Origin: a virus
Taxonomy: Duplodnaviria; Heunggongvirae; Uroviricota; Caudoviricetes
Length of the DNA stretch: 64,000 nt
Direction: 5' to 3' (one strand)
Virus record (IMG/VR): IMGVR_UViG_3300013126_000015
Span: 22,818-86,817 of that record
The position numbers were made by a program, and so were the translations under genes. The notes under the pieces were generated by a model. The model worked only from the letters and a program-made list of their open reading frames with translations. It did no database searches and was not told where the DNA came from. Of this stretch, positions 1 through 7,749 are shown piece by piece. Every line of letters starts with the position of its first letter. Position 1 is the stretch's first letter.

Positions 1-22
1 TATTCTAGTATTAAATTTATCA

Positions 23-241
23 ATGAAACCAACTTATAAAGATTTAACAACACCGAGTAGATACAGAACAAAATTAGTAGACAAAGCTAAACACGTATTA
101 TGGGAATCTGATAACGACGTTTTTGAATTATCAGTAAAAATCTGGGATGCTATTCATGAATATGAAACCAGACAAACAATGCATGGATTAGGTGGATGTG
201 TTAAAAAAACATTTAAAGAATTGATTGACAATACAAAATAA
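23..241 (+). CDS. hypothetical early protein (72 aa)
   Basis: ATG ORF at window start; followed by consensus early promoter for next gene. Confidence 0.45.
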   Translation: MKPTYKDLTTPSRYRTKLVDKAKHVLWESDNDVFELSVKIWDAIHEYETRQTMHGLGGCVKKTFKELIDNTK

Positions 242-252
242 TCCTGTATACT
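225..252 (+). promoter_or_regulatory. sigma70-type early promoter (TTGACA 225-230, 16-nt spacer, TATACT 247-252)
   Basis: read directly; SD AGGAGA and ATG 282 downstream. Confidence 0.6.
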
Positions 253-281
253 ATCCCCATAATCAAATATAGGAGAACATT

Positions 282-524
282 ATGAAAGTTTCACAAAAAA
301 ATCTTAACGCATTAAGACAATTTCAAATGTATGATAATGTCTTATTGACATCCGAAGAATCTGAAGAATGTGGTTATATTAGCAACATTCTCATGAATAC
401 ACATGATGAAATCGTGTTTGAAGTAACAGTTCCTGTTTATTCCATAATAGTAGGTGAAAGTATTACAATAAAAAGAAAAGTTCATCCATATAGCAAATCG
501 TGTGAAATGACTAGATTAAGTTAG
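282..524 (+). CDS. hypothetical early protein (80 aa)
   Basis: ATG with AGGAGAA SD 8 nt upstream. Confidence 0.5.
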   Translation: MKVSQKNLNALRQFQMYDNVLLTSEESEECGYISNILMNTHDEIVFEVTVPVYSIIVGESITIKRKVHPYSKSCEMTRLS

Positions 525-533
525 GAGAACATC

Positions 534-695
534 ATGCACTTCATATTATTTTTAATCATGGTCTGGATGATCATTGATTATTGTGAAAAACATACAATTG
601 CTGATTTTGTTGGTGGTGTTTTTAAATTTATCATTTCAGCAATGGTCGGTGGTATTATGATTATATTCATATTAGCTGCATATGCCGGTCATTAA
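534..695 (+). CDS. small hydrophobic membrane peptide (53 aa, MHFILFLIMVWMII...)
   Basis: unlisted ORF; SD TTAGGAGAAC before ATG 534; stop TAA 693-695. Confidence 0.4.
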   Translation: MHFILFLIMVWMIIDYCEKHTIADFVGGVFKFIISAMVGGIMIIFILAAYAGH

Positions 696-700
696 AATAC

Positions 701-728
701 TTGACAAATCAAAATAATCCTGTATACT
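701..728 (+). promoter_or_regulatory. sigma70-type early promoter (TTGACA 701-706, TATACT 723-728)
   Basis: 16-nt spacer; shared motif atcctgTATACTat. Confidence 0.6.
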
Positions 729-759
729 ATACACCATCTTAAATCAATTGGAGAACAAC

Positions 760-1014
760 ATGAAAACCTTAACCTTCAAACAATTGATATTAATTTTGGT
801 GAATGCGTATGCCATTGAATTTGATTGTAACTTGGTATATCCATCTGTAAATGAAGATGAATCATTCGAAGTAACAATTGATGATTATGAATTGTATTTT
901 ACTGAAAATGATGTAAAATCAATTGAAGTATATGAAGCTGGTTATCGTATCAGATTCGAGGTAACATCTGGTGCAGTTTATGTTATTCAACCTTTGGATA
1001 TAATGAAATTTTAA
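760..1014 (+). CDS. hypothetical early protein (84 aa); ORF track start 748 is TTG, ATG at 760 preferred
   Basis: GGAGAA SD before ATG 760. Confidence 0.5.
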   Translation: MKTLTFKQLILILVNAYAIEFDCNLVYPSVNEDESFEVTIDDYELYFTENDVKSIEVYEAGYRIRFEVTSGAVYVIQPLDIMKF

Positions 1015-1042
1015 TTGACAAATCAAAATAAAGGTGTATACT
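1015..1042 (+). promoter_or_regulatory. sigma70-type early promoter (TTGACA 1015-1020, TATACT 1037-1042)
   Basis: 16-nt spacer, AGGAGAA SD then ATG 1076. Confidence 0.6.
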
Positions 1043-1075
1043 ATACACCATACAAAATCAATTAGGAGAACTGTC

Positions 1076-1482
1076 ATGGCATACATCAATCAAGAACAAA
1101 AAAAGTAATTGCCCCTAAAATTAAAGCATTATGCAAAGAATATGGGGTTAACGGTACATTGTCAATTGACCATCATTCCACCATTGTATTGACGATAGCA
1201 TCAGGTAAAATTGATTTTATCGGTAACTATAACAAAGTCGTTGGGGGAAAACATCATGAAAACTTTACCCCAGTAACGGATGATATGAGTATCAATCCAT
1301 ATTGGTTTCATGAACATTTCGACGGTGCTGCAAAAGAATTTCTAACCAAAGCAATTAAAGAATTAAAAGGTGAAGGATGGTTCGATAACTCTGACATCAT
1401 GACCGATTATTTCCATGTTAAACATTATGTTAATGTTAAAGTAGGTAAATGGAATCGTCCTTACGTCTTGACAAATAATTAA
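1076..1482 (+). CDS. hypothetical protein; ATG 1076 frame stops after 10 codons, 107-aa ORF continues in -1 frame (candidate -1 frameshift at A_AAA_AAG 1099-1105, or homopolymer indel)
   Basis: ATG 1076 with SD; the -1 frame (1159..1482) has no ATG or SD of its own. Confidence 0.35.
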
Positions 1483-1495
1483 AATCCTGTATACT
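1468..1495 (+). promoter_or_regulatory. sigma70-type early promoter (TTGACA 1468-1473, TATACT 1490-1495)
   Basis: 16-nt spacer. Confidence 0.6.
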
Positions 1496-1527
1496 ATTAC
1501 CATCAAATAAACAAAGTGGTGACCGAA

Positions 1528-1722
1528 ATGTTAAATCTATTATTAGTGTACATACTTGGTTTCATTATAATGTATATCTGGGTTAGTGTATTGGATTTAG
1601 CATTACTTGCAACCTCTGAAGGAACAATGCATATCCCACAAAGTAGCAGTGTTATATATGCAATGAGATGGCCTAAAATTACATTTAGATTGTTGCAAGT
1701 GTGGTTATCAATAGAATTTTAA
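1528..1722 (+). CDS. small hydrophobic membrane protein (64 aa); track start 1516 is GTG
   Basis: ATG 1528 with GGTGA SD; strongly hydrophobic N-terminal half. Confidence 0.45.
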   Translation: MLNLLLVYILGFIIMYIWVSVLDLALLATSEGTMHIPQSSSVIYAMRWPKITFRLLQVWLSIEF

Positions 1723-1723
1723 C

Positions 1724-1751
1724 TTGACATTTTCTAAATTTGTATTATAAT
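1724..1751 (+). promoter_or_regulatory. sigma70-type early promoter (TTGACA 1724-1729, TATAAT 1746-1751)
   Basis: 16-nt spacer. Confidence 0.55.
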
Positions 1752-1783
1752 AAACTCACTTTCAAACACACAGGACAAAAATC

Positions 1784-2032
1784 ATGAGAACCATAACCTT
1801 CGAAGAATTTGCAAAATTGGTTGATGATGCAACCGCTGTAATTATCGATCATAATGCAGTAGTTTATCCAGTCGTTGAAGATGATGAAGTAATCGTCGAA
1901 GATGATAACTTCTCAGTCACATTCGATGAAGATGCTGGATCATTCACAATTCTGGATGATGGCAGTATTGAAATTGTAATGGTTGATGAAACATTCAACA
2001 TTCAAGTTTTACAAGTTAAAGTATTAGAATAA
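1784..2032 (+). CDS. hypothetical acidic protein (82 aa)
   Basis: ATG ORF after promoter. Confidence 0.5.
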   Translation: MRTITFEEFAKLVDDATAVIIDHNAVVYPVVEDDEVIVEDDNFSVTFDEDAGSFTILDDGSIEIVMVDETFNIQVLQVKVLE

Positions 2033-2077
2033 ACTGAATTCCCCTATAATAAATATTATTTTATGGGGGAAATAAAA

Positions 2078-2230
2078 ATGCTAACAATATGGTCTCTAAT
2101 AACAATCGCAACAATTCTGTTTATTGTCCTTGGACATAAATTACATATGCAAGGATTTGTAACAATTGGATCAGTAATGATGCTGGTAGGATGTTTACAA
2201 ATAATAGCAGAATTTGCCGCACTACTATAA
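2078..2230 (+). CDS. small hydrophobic membrane peptide (50 aa)
   Basis: unlisted ORF MLTIWSLITIATILFIVLG...; GGGGGA SD. Confidence 0.35.
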   Translation: MLTIWSLITIATILFIVLGHKLHMQGFVTIGSVMMLVGCLQIIAEFAALL

Positions 2231-2241
2231 GGAATACAGTC

Positions 2242-2466
2242 ATGTTAAAAGATAAAAGAGTCACCATCCTGTACCAAGGTCATTATGCCACAGGTACAGT
2301 AGTGAAGTCAATTCATACTGAAACAATCGGTATTGAAGAAGATGTCGAAAAGGTTATTCTGCATAAAGTAAAACTTGACAAACCATTGCAAGTAATCTGG
2401 GATGATGTTCAAAAATTTGTAACCAGTGTTCTGGTTGATCATTCAAGAGTTGAAGTAATTTCTTGA
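2242..2466 (+). CDS. hypothetical protein (74 aa); track ORF 2191 trimmed to ATG 2242
   Basis: AAGGA SD before ATG 2242. Confidence 0.45.
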   Translation: MLKDKRVTILYQGHYATGTVVKSIHTETIGIEEDVEKVILHKVKLDKPLQVIWDDVQKFVTSVLVDHSRVEVIS

Positions 2467-2491
2467 CAAACTATCGGGGATAGGTTATACT
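2463..2491 (+). promoter_or_regulatory. sigma70-type early promoter (TTGACA 2463-2468, TATACT 2486-2491) with inverted repeat GGGGATAG/CTATCCCC flanking the -10
   Basis: 17-nt spacer; palindrome 2476-2498. Confidence 0.6.
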
Positions 2492-2515
2492 ATCCCCATA
2501 CTTTAGGAGAACATC

Positions 2516-2683
2516 ATGAAAACATTTGAAGTAAAAATGACAATAGTTCTAACAGATGATGCTAAACATCCAAGAACATGGTTTGCAGACGTTGTTAACG
2601 CAAATCTGTTTGATAAAGAAGGTGAACATATATTGGATTATGATGTTAACGAGGTAGAAAATAAAGTTGATGATACAAACTAG
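2516..2683 (+). CDS. hypothetical small protein (55 aa)
   Basis: unlisted ORF; TTAGGAGAACATC ATG. Confidence 0.4.
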   Translation: MKTFEVKMTIVLTDDAKHPRTWFADVVNANLFDKEGEHILDYDVNEVENKVDDTN

Positions 2684-2880
2684 GAGAATATCAATATAAT
2701 ATCAATGCCTGAATTTCTGGAGCAATACCAAAATGTTAAGTAATTATAATAAAATGGTATTAAGGTGTCAATATGAACCATTACCAAACATTCGTATAAA
2801 ATCATCCTATCCACATTACAGAATGATGGACAAAGGATACAAATCTAAAAAACATTCTAAACTAATAGTAAGGTACTAAT

Positions 2881-3147
2881 ATGAAATCGATTGATGTTGT
2901 AAATGCTATCCTGAACAATGGTTATTCAAATGATGAATTGAATAATATCGCAATGGCAATAAAACATGCCCGACACAATCAAGCCATTGTTAATAAGTTT
3001 ACTCTTAAAGTCGGTCAAAATGTACAATTCAATCATGCCGGTATTACCCGTCACGGTACAATCAAAAAAATCAATCGAACCACAATGACTGTTTCAACTG
3101 ATGCCGGATTGTGGAAAGTCCCAGCTAACATGCTAACATTGGTATAA
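2881..3147 (+). CDS. hypothetical protein (88 aa)
   Basis: ATG ORF with AAGG SD. Confidence 0.5.
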   Translation: MKSIDVVNAILNNGYSNDELNNIAMAIKHARHNQAIVNKFTLKVGQNVQFNHAGITRHGTIKKINRTTMTVSTDAGLWKVPANMLTLV

Positions 3148-3150
3148 ATC

Positions 3151-3555
3151 ATGTCTCCAATTCAAACAGCTCAAAATATCGCAATCAGATTGTTTTTTTC
3201 CAATGTAAATGGCGATGAAAATGATGCTTATAATCATTTATATGAATGTGATAATCCTTACACCACTTACATCGATGATCATTTCGTTGGTAAACCATTT
3301 CAACCTTGGCAACCATTCGAATTTCGTACCGTAGCCGATATTCAAGAATATGTCGAAAATCTGGTCAATGACATTTTCAGATCAACCAATGAACCAGATG
3401 ATGGTGAAGAAGTCGGTGAAAATGCCCCAGAATCATCCACCAGTGATGCGGTTGAATGTCCTGAATGTCATAGCACCACTATAACAAAGAAAGGTCGTGA
3501 TGGCAATCGTCAACGGTTTAAATGTAAAGATTGTGGAAAACATTTCTATCAATAA
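3151..3555 (+). CDS. hypothetical protein with C-terminal transposase-like zinc-ribbon (CPECHS...CKDCGKHF)
   Basis: C4 zinc-ribbon motif resembling IS1/IS1595 transposase N-terminal DNA-binding domains. Confidence 0.45.
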   Translation: MSPIQTAQNIAIRLFFSNVNGDENDAYNHLYECDNPYTTYIDDHFVGKPFQPWQPFEFRTVADIQEYVENLVNDIFRSTNEPDDGEEVGENAPESSTSDAVECPECHSTTITKKGRDGNRQRFKCKDCGKHFYQ

Positions 3556-3559
3556 TCTC

Positions 3560-3587
3560 TTGACATTCTGAAATAATCCTGTATCAT
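3560..3587 (+). promoter_or_regulatory. sigma70-type early promoter (TTGACA 3560-3565, TATCAT 3582-3587)
   Basis: 16-nt spacer. Confidence 0.5.
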
Positions 3588-3620
3588 ATAACCATCTTCA
3601 AACGATACAGGATTCAAATC

Positions 3621-3812
3621 ATGAACACCAAACAGGCATACACATTCATTGTATTCATTATCAATAATGGATACGTTCAATATCGAACTGATACCAATGC
3701 TACCGGTTCATCACCAACAACACATCATAACAAAACATCACAACAAGTGATCGATGAATATCTCGAATCATTTAGAAAATATTATCATGATGTAGAATAC
3801 GAAATCATATAG
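3621..3812 (+). CDS. hypothetical protein (63 aa)
   Basis: ATG ORF. Confidence 0.45.
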   Translation: MNTKQAYTFIVFIINNGYVQYRTDTNATGSSPTTHHNKTSQQVIDEYLESFRKYYHDVEYEII

Positions 3813-3942
3813 GGTTCCCGCTGCGCTATCTCTATATGATACCTGTATGGTCGAGGGTTCCCGCTGCGCTATCTAGCGATGCTCAATTGTGGTAGGTTCC
3901 CGCTGCGCTATCTAGCGATGCTCAATTGTGGTAGGTTCCCGC
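3811..3942. repeat. GC-rich tandem direct repeat: GGTTCCCGCTGCGCTATCT x3 plus partial 4th; two exact 39/40-bp units 3855-3894 and 3895-3933
   Basis: read directly; lies between stop of gene 3621..3812 and promoter at 3952. Confidence 0.8.
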
Positions 3943-3951
3943 AAATATCTC

Positions 3952-3979
3952 TTGACATTCTCAAATTTTCAGGTATCAT
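3952..3979 (+). promoter_or_regulatory. sigma70-type early promoter (TTGACA 3952-3957, TATCAT 3974-3979)
   Basis: 16-nt spacer. Confidence 0.5.
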
Positions 3980-4011
3980 ATACACATATTCAAATCAGAT
4001 GAGATTAGATC

Positions 4012-4269
4012 ATGTCTACTAAAAAATATATCGACCTAGCCGATCAAATCAAAAATCAACTCAACATTGCATTCAAACGTAGAGATGCTCCAATGTTCAT
4101 CTACTATCAACAAATGCAAAATGATCCTAATATCATTGCCTTCGCATCATATGAAACATTCAAGGGTTCATGGGCATATCAAGAATGGTATAAAAAGAAT
4201 AGACCAGCTATCGATGAATTTGTAAAGAATAATTATAACCGTTATCAAATTATATGGAGCGCAACATAA
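4012..4269 (+). CDS. hypothetical protein (85 aa)
   Basis: ATG ORF. Confidence 0.5.
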   Translation: MSTKKYIDLADQIKNQLNIAFKRRDAPMFIYYQQMQNDPNIIAFASYETFKGSWAYQEWYKKNRPAIDEFVKNNYNRYQIIWSAT

Positions 4270-4577
4270 TGAACTCTGTTAAACAATCTGATAATATTTG
4301 CACCGTTGGATATAGAAATATCTGGGGAAACTTTACACAATCTGAAATCAATCTATTGTGTAATGCGGTCAAAGAAGGTAGATTATGTTCAACTCAATAT
4401 ACAGAACGTTGGGATATAAATCACCCTGAACGTTTAGACAAATATATTCAATATCGCAAACGTCATAATCTATATGTAATGGACTTGTGGGGTTTCTATT
4501 TCGATTATCCCGCACATCTTAATGATAGAGTTTGGCAAATCATTAACACATGGATGCCCCTACTATCTAATCAATAG
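4269..4577 (+). CDS. hypothetical protein (102 aa), TAATG overlap with upstream gene
   Basis: ATG 4269 overlaps stop 4267-4269, in frame with track ORF 4254. Confidence 0.45.
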   Translation: MNSVKQSDNICTVGYRNIWGNFTQSEINLLCNAVKEGRLCSTQYTERWDINHPERLDKYIQYRKRHNLYVMDLWGFYFDYPAHLNDRVWQIINTWMPLLSNQ

Positions 4578-4688
4578 TTTCACATGATGTTTCACATGAT
4601 GAGCGCACCGCGCCATCACCGATCACATTATTAAAATTCTATCATATCATCTTATCAAAAATCTGCTGAATAGTTCACAATTTTAAAC

Positions 4689-4716
4689 TTGACATTCTAC
4701 CGGATTATGGTATCTT
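4689..4716 (+). promoter_or_regulatory. candidate early promoter (TTGACA 4689-4694, TATCTT 4711-4716); second TTGACA at 4744-4749
   Basis: read directly; weaker -10. Confidence 0.35.
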
Positions 4717-4805
4717 ATATCCAACGATTTAGGAAATGATTGCTTGACAATCTTTCTAAAATCTGAAATAATATACTCACTTTCAAAACATATAGGAAAA
4801 AAGCC

Positions 4806-5300
4806 ATGACTACCGAATCCAGAACCACTCTTCGCGATGTTGTTGATAGTCCATTGTTCGACGCTATTTTGGGGCGTAAAAAAGGACAATTCGCTACCGT
4901 ATCAACTGAACGTGAATGCAAAGTCAGAAAAGGTAAAGATCCGATTCAAAAACACTCTACCTTTACAATTCGGGTCGGTGTCAATTATGATAACCAAGCC
5001 GCAGTCGTCGAAAAAAGTGAAAACGGTGATTTGCCTAGTGAAAACAATGGTTTACCATGGGGCGAATGGGTCGATGGATATTTTCCATACTTGATCGAAC
5101 ATAAAGGATTATACTACGTCAGACTGACTCCAGTCTACGGAAACGATAACAACAAACAAACAGCATCATACTATCGCAATGGTGTGGAAATTTCACGCGA
5201 TGAAGCGCAAGCCGATTGTTTGGCAAGTGAATTTCCAAAAGAAAAAACAGAACATAATGCTATGACTGTCAAATTTGATAGCATTGTCACAGTAAAATAA
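4806..5300 (+). CDS. hypothetical protein (164 aa)
   Basis: ATG ORF. Confidence 0.5.
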   Translation: MTTESRTTLRDVVDSPLFDAILGRKKGQFATVSTERECKVRKGKDPIQKHSTFTIRVGVNYDNQAAVVEKSENGDLPSENNGLPWGEWVDGYFPYLIEHKGLYYVRLTPVYGNDNNKQTASYYRNGVEISRDEAQADCLASEFPKEKTEHNAMTVKFDSIVTVK

Positions 5301-5311
5301 CTTGACATTAT

Positions 5312-5337
5312 ACTGGGGTTATGAAACAATAACCCCA
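5312..5337. other. 9-bp inverted repeat CTGGGGTTA...TAACCCCAG (hairpin) right after gene stop and after a TTGACA (5302-5307)
   Basis: read directly. Confidence 0.5.
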
Positions 5338-5368
5338 GTCAATTAAACATCATATGAGGGTTGCCGCC

Positions 5369-5548
5369 ATGTTCACACAATCAATAGCAATACCAGTTGA
5401 CAATATCCACGTCAAATATATTGAATCAGATGATATTGAACGTTTGAAATCAATGGTAAAAGAAAGCGCTGTAATGATGATGTCAACCATTCTCAACGTC
5501 GATTTTGAATCAGCCGAACGATTCTATACTCTGATTTTTAAAAAATAA
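5369..5548 (+). CDS. hypothetical protein (59 aa)
   Basis: ATG 5369 with GAGGG SD; track start 5354. Confidence 0.4.
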   Translation: MFTQSIAIPVDNIHVKYIESDDIERLKSMVKESAVMMMSTILNVDFESAERFYTLIFKK

Positions 5549-5554
5549 AAGTAT

Positions 5555-5588
5555 GCGGATAATGTGAACAAAATCTCACATTATCCGC
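5555..5588 (+). terminator. 13-bp perfect inverted repeat GCGGATAATGTGA-N8-TCACATTATCCGC hairpin
   Basis: read directly, 3' of gene 5369..5548; followed by TTGACTTT. Confidence 0.45.
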
Positions 5589-5663
5589 TTGACTTTCCAT
5601 CCAAAGTTTGAAATAATATACGCACGTTCTGGATGAACAGAAGCCGCTATAAGCGGTGGCCCT

Positions 5664-6332
5664 TTAAAGGCTAGACCAGCTCGATCTTAAAAAAATAATA
5701 TGATTGTATAATGGATGATTAACTGATTCAGGTAATAACTTATCTGATTTTAATATATTATCTAATTTCCATAATGGTCTTAAATTAGAATAATGATTTA
5801 ATAATAGCAATTCATCATAATTATTGGCAAAAGATAATGGCACTATATGATCTATATCCCATAAGTTTCTATTATCCCATGTCATATTATATAAAAACAA
5901 TGATTCGATATGAAGTTTAAACGTATTATAGTCACACCCTAATATATTAGTGGTTAATGATAATTTAGTATAACCTGAACGCTTAATAGCTTTTTTAATC
6001 ATTCCTCTAATACTGGATTTTAATTTTAATAATGTTTCATCCTTTTTCTGTGTTGGTTTTTTATATTTAATACTGATACATTGTTTGCACCATGATTTAT
6101 ATCCTGTCTTAGTTGAGTTATCAGGATGAAAATCCTCAACAGAACGTACCACGTTGCATTTTGAGCATTGTTTGTGTGATATGGCATCATGTATAAGGGA
6201 TTGTCTAAAATCTTTGTCATACGCTTTACAGCATGCCTTACATGATGATTTATACCCGTCTTTAGTTTCTTTGCTTCGATAGTAGTCTGATAATGATTTA
6301 TCAATCAAACATTTTTTACATTGCTTTATCAT
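5664..6332 (-). CDS. HNH homing endonuclease (Mob-like) with two N-terminal CxxC...CxxC zinc-finger modules
   Basis: DIDHIVP HNH motif; GGAG SD; opposite orientation within early + strand cluster. Confidence 0.7.
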   Translation of the reverse strand: MIKQCKKCLIDKSLSDYYRSKETKDGYKSSCKACCKAYDKDFRQSLIHDAISHKQCSKCNVVRSVEDFHPDNSTKTGYKSWCKQCISIKYKKPTQKKDETLLKLKSSIRGMIKKAIKRSGYTKLSLTTNILGCDYNTFKLHIESLFLYNMTWDNRNLWDIDHIVPLSFANNYDELLLLNHYSNLRPLWKLDNILKSDKLLPESVNHPLYNHIIFLRSSWSSL

Positions 6333-6437
6333 AATAACTCCATGGTGTCAATAACTATTTATCTTTCCAAGGTAGGCTGTCTATAATTTATAAACGGTAC
6401 TAGTTCACAATTTTTTACATAATGATGAAAATAATTA

Positions 6438-6465
6438 TTGACAATCTAAAAAAAACAAGTAGAAT
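6438..6465 (+). promoter_or_regulatory. sigma70-type promoter (TTGACA 6438-6443, TAGAAT 6460-6465)
   Basis: 16-nt spacer. Confidence 0.45.
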
Positions 6466-6474
6466 AATATCCAT

Positions 6475-6516
6475 GTTCTGGAAGCGATAGTCGCATCCAG
6501 AACGGGCATTAAGCCC
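6475..6516 (+). other. two stem-loops in 5' leader of gene 6551 (GTTCTGGA...TCCAGAAC with inner GCGA/TCGC; GGGC-ATTAA-GCCC)
   Basis: read directly. Confidence 0.5.
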
Positions 6517-6550
6517 ACCCCAGCAATGGGAATAATTTTAGGTAATTATC

Positions 6551-7306
6551 ATGTTCGTATCAAAATTGTTAATCAGTGTTGGCGCAACAGCGGCATATTT
6601 CACATTGCGTGAAACATTTTTAGGACATAATGATCGGGTAATGTCGTTCCATCATTTTAACCTTAGTCAAGACGCAGATGTTGCATTCGAAAAAGCATTA
6701 GCATACAGCCATAACAATGGCATAGAGTTGGTAACTGACCGGGAAACAATGATAACTGAAATGCGTGAAATTCAACGGTCTAGTGCTGAACAATTAGCCG
6801 AACGTAAAGCCAAAATTGAAAGTGCTGATGCAGAACATCAAGCATACTTGAAAAAAGCGCATGATGAAAAAATAGAATTGATCGAGCAAGGTTTATATCC
6901 TTTTGGTCAATATTATAATAAACCTTTTGCTAGTGCTGCGGTGTCATACCTGCAATGGTTAATCAACACCGATTTTACTGATTGCAATGATGTTATCAAA
7001 TTATTGCAAATTAAAGTAACAGAGCAATGCAAACACCTTTTGCCGAATCCTGATGCTACTATTGGTACAGTTGGCAAACGTGAAACATTCAACGTTAAAA
7101 TTACCCGTTTAATACGGTGTGAAGGTTTCTATGGTGTATCCTATATCTGCACCATGGTAACACCTGACAATGTTGTCATGGTATCTAAAGGTGCGTTTGC
7201 TGCCGATGTTGGTGATACCCTTACCATCAAAGCAACTGTTAAGGAATATAGTCGATACAATGGTCAAATGCAAACCGTTATCCAACGTGTTGCAATAGTG
7301 AAATAA
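6551..7306 (+). CDS. hypothetical protein (251 aa)
   Basis: ATG with AGGT SD. Confidence 0.5.
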   Translation: MFVSKLLISVGATAAYFTLRETFLGHNDRVMSFHHFNLSQDADVAFEKALAYSHNNGIELVTDRETMITEMREIQRSSAEQLAERKAKIESADAEHQAYLKKAHDEKIELIEQGLYPFGQYYNKPFASAAVSYLQWLINTDFTDCNDVIKLLQIKVTEQCKHLLPNPDATIGTVGKRETFNVKITRLIRCEGFYGVSYICTMVTPDNVVMVSKGAFAADVGDTLTIKATVKEYSRYNGQMQTVIQRVAIVK

Positions 7307-7527
7307 GACAATCTGAAGCGATTGTAGCCTATCCTGTATCATGACTGCTATACTGGTGCAGGATAATGAATGGTCAGCCTTAAATCGAATTGTAGGGGGT
7401 TTTATGTTAAGCATCATACTAATGACAATTGTGATCATTGTCGCAATAACAATAAACATTATGGTTGACAAGTTAGCATAATCGTTTATAATATTATCTG
7501 TAATTTAACCAACACGGGAATAAGATC

Positions 7528-7704
7528 ATGACCACTCAATATAATACAATGTCAGATGATGAACTGGACACCATGGGCAATGGTAATGATAATCATATCA
7601 TTGACCTTGGGGATGATGATGACGATAATGATTACTATTCAGATGATAGTGATAGTGACATTGTATTCGCGAATGATTACTTCGAATGTGATAACGATTT
7701 CTAA
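7528..7704 (+). CDS. small highly acidic protein (58 aa, D-rich)
   Basis: unlisted ORF; followed by hairpin terminator. Confidence 0.35.
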   Translation: MTTQYNTMSDDELDTMGNGNDNHIIDLGDDDDDNDYYSDDSDSDIVFANDYFECDNDF

Positions 7705-7713
7705 GTAGCATAG

Positions 7714-7749
7714 ATCATGCCATGTTATGATGTATAGCATGGCATGATT
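7714..7749 (+). terminator. rho-independent terminator-like hairpin: 11-bp inverted repeat ATCATGCCATG-N14-CATGGCATGAT followed by T-rich tract
   Basis: read directly. Confidence 0.5.

Noticed and set aside
3811-3942. Possible CRISPR array
   Set aside because: The repeats are only 19-20 nt with 20-23 nt intervening segments, and the last two 39/40-bp units are identical, spacers included. This fits a tandem duplication, not repeat-unique-spacer CRISPR architecture. It is retained as an unexplained repeat finding.
4683-5094. Track ORFs 4683..4889(-), 4715..4921(-) and 4837..5094(+) overlapping gene 4806..5300
   Set aside because: They lie antisense or out of frame inside a well-supported + strand gene and its promoter region, with no SD. 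They are probably chance ORFs in AT-rich DNA.
6026-6304. ORF 6026..6304(-) inside the HNH gene in another frame
   Set aside because: It is nested entirely within the HNH endonuclease coding frame, which has clear domain motifs. Spurious.
7109-7471. ORF 7109..7471(-)
   Set aside because: It overlaps the 3' end of the + gene 6551..7306 antisense and is hydrophobic low-complexity (I/M-rich), typical of AT-rich antisense translation.
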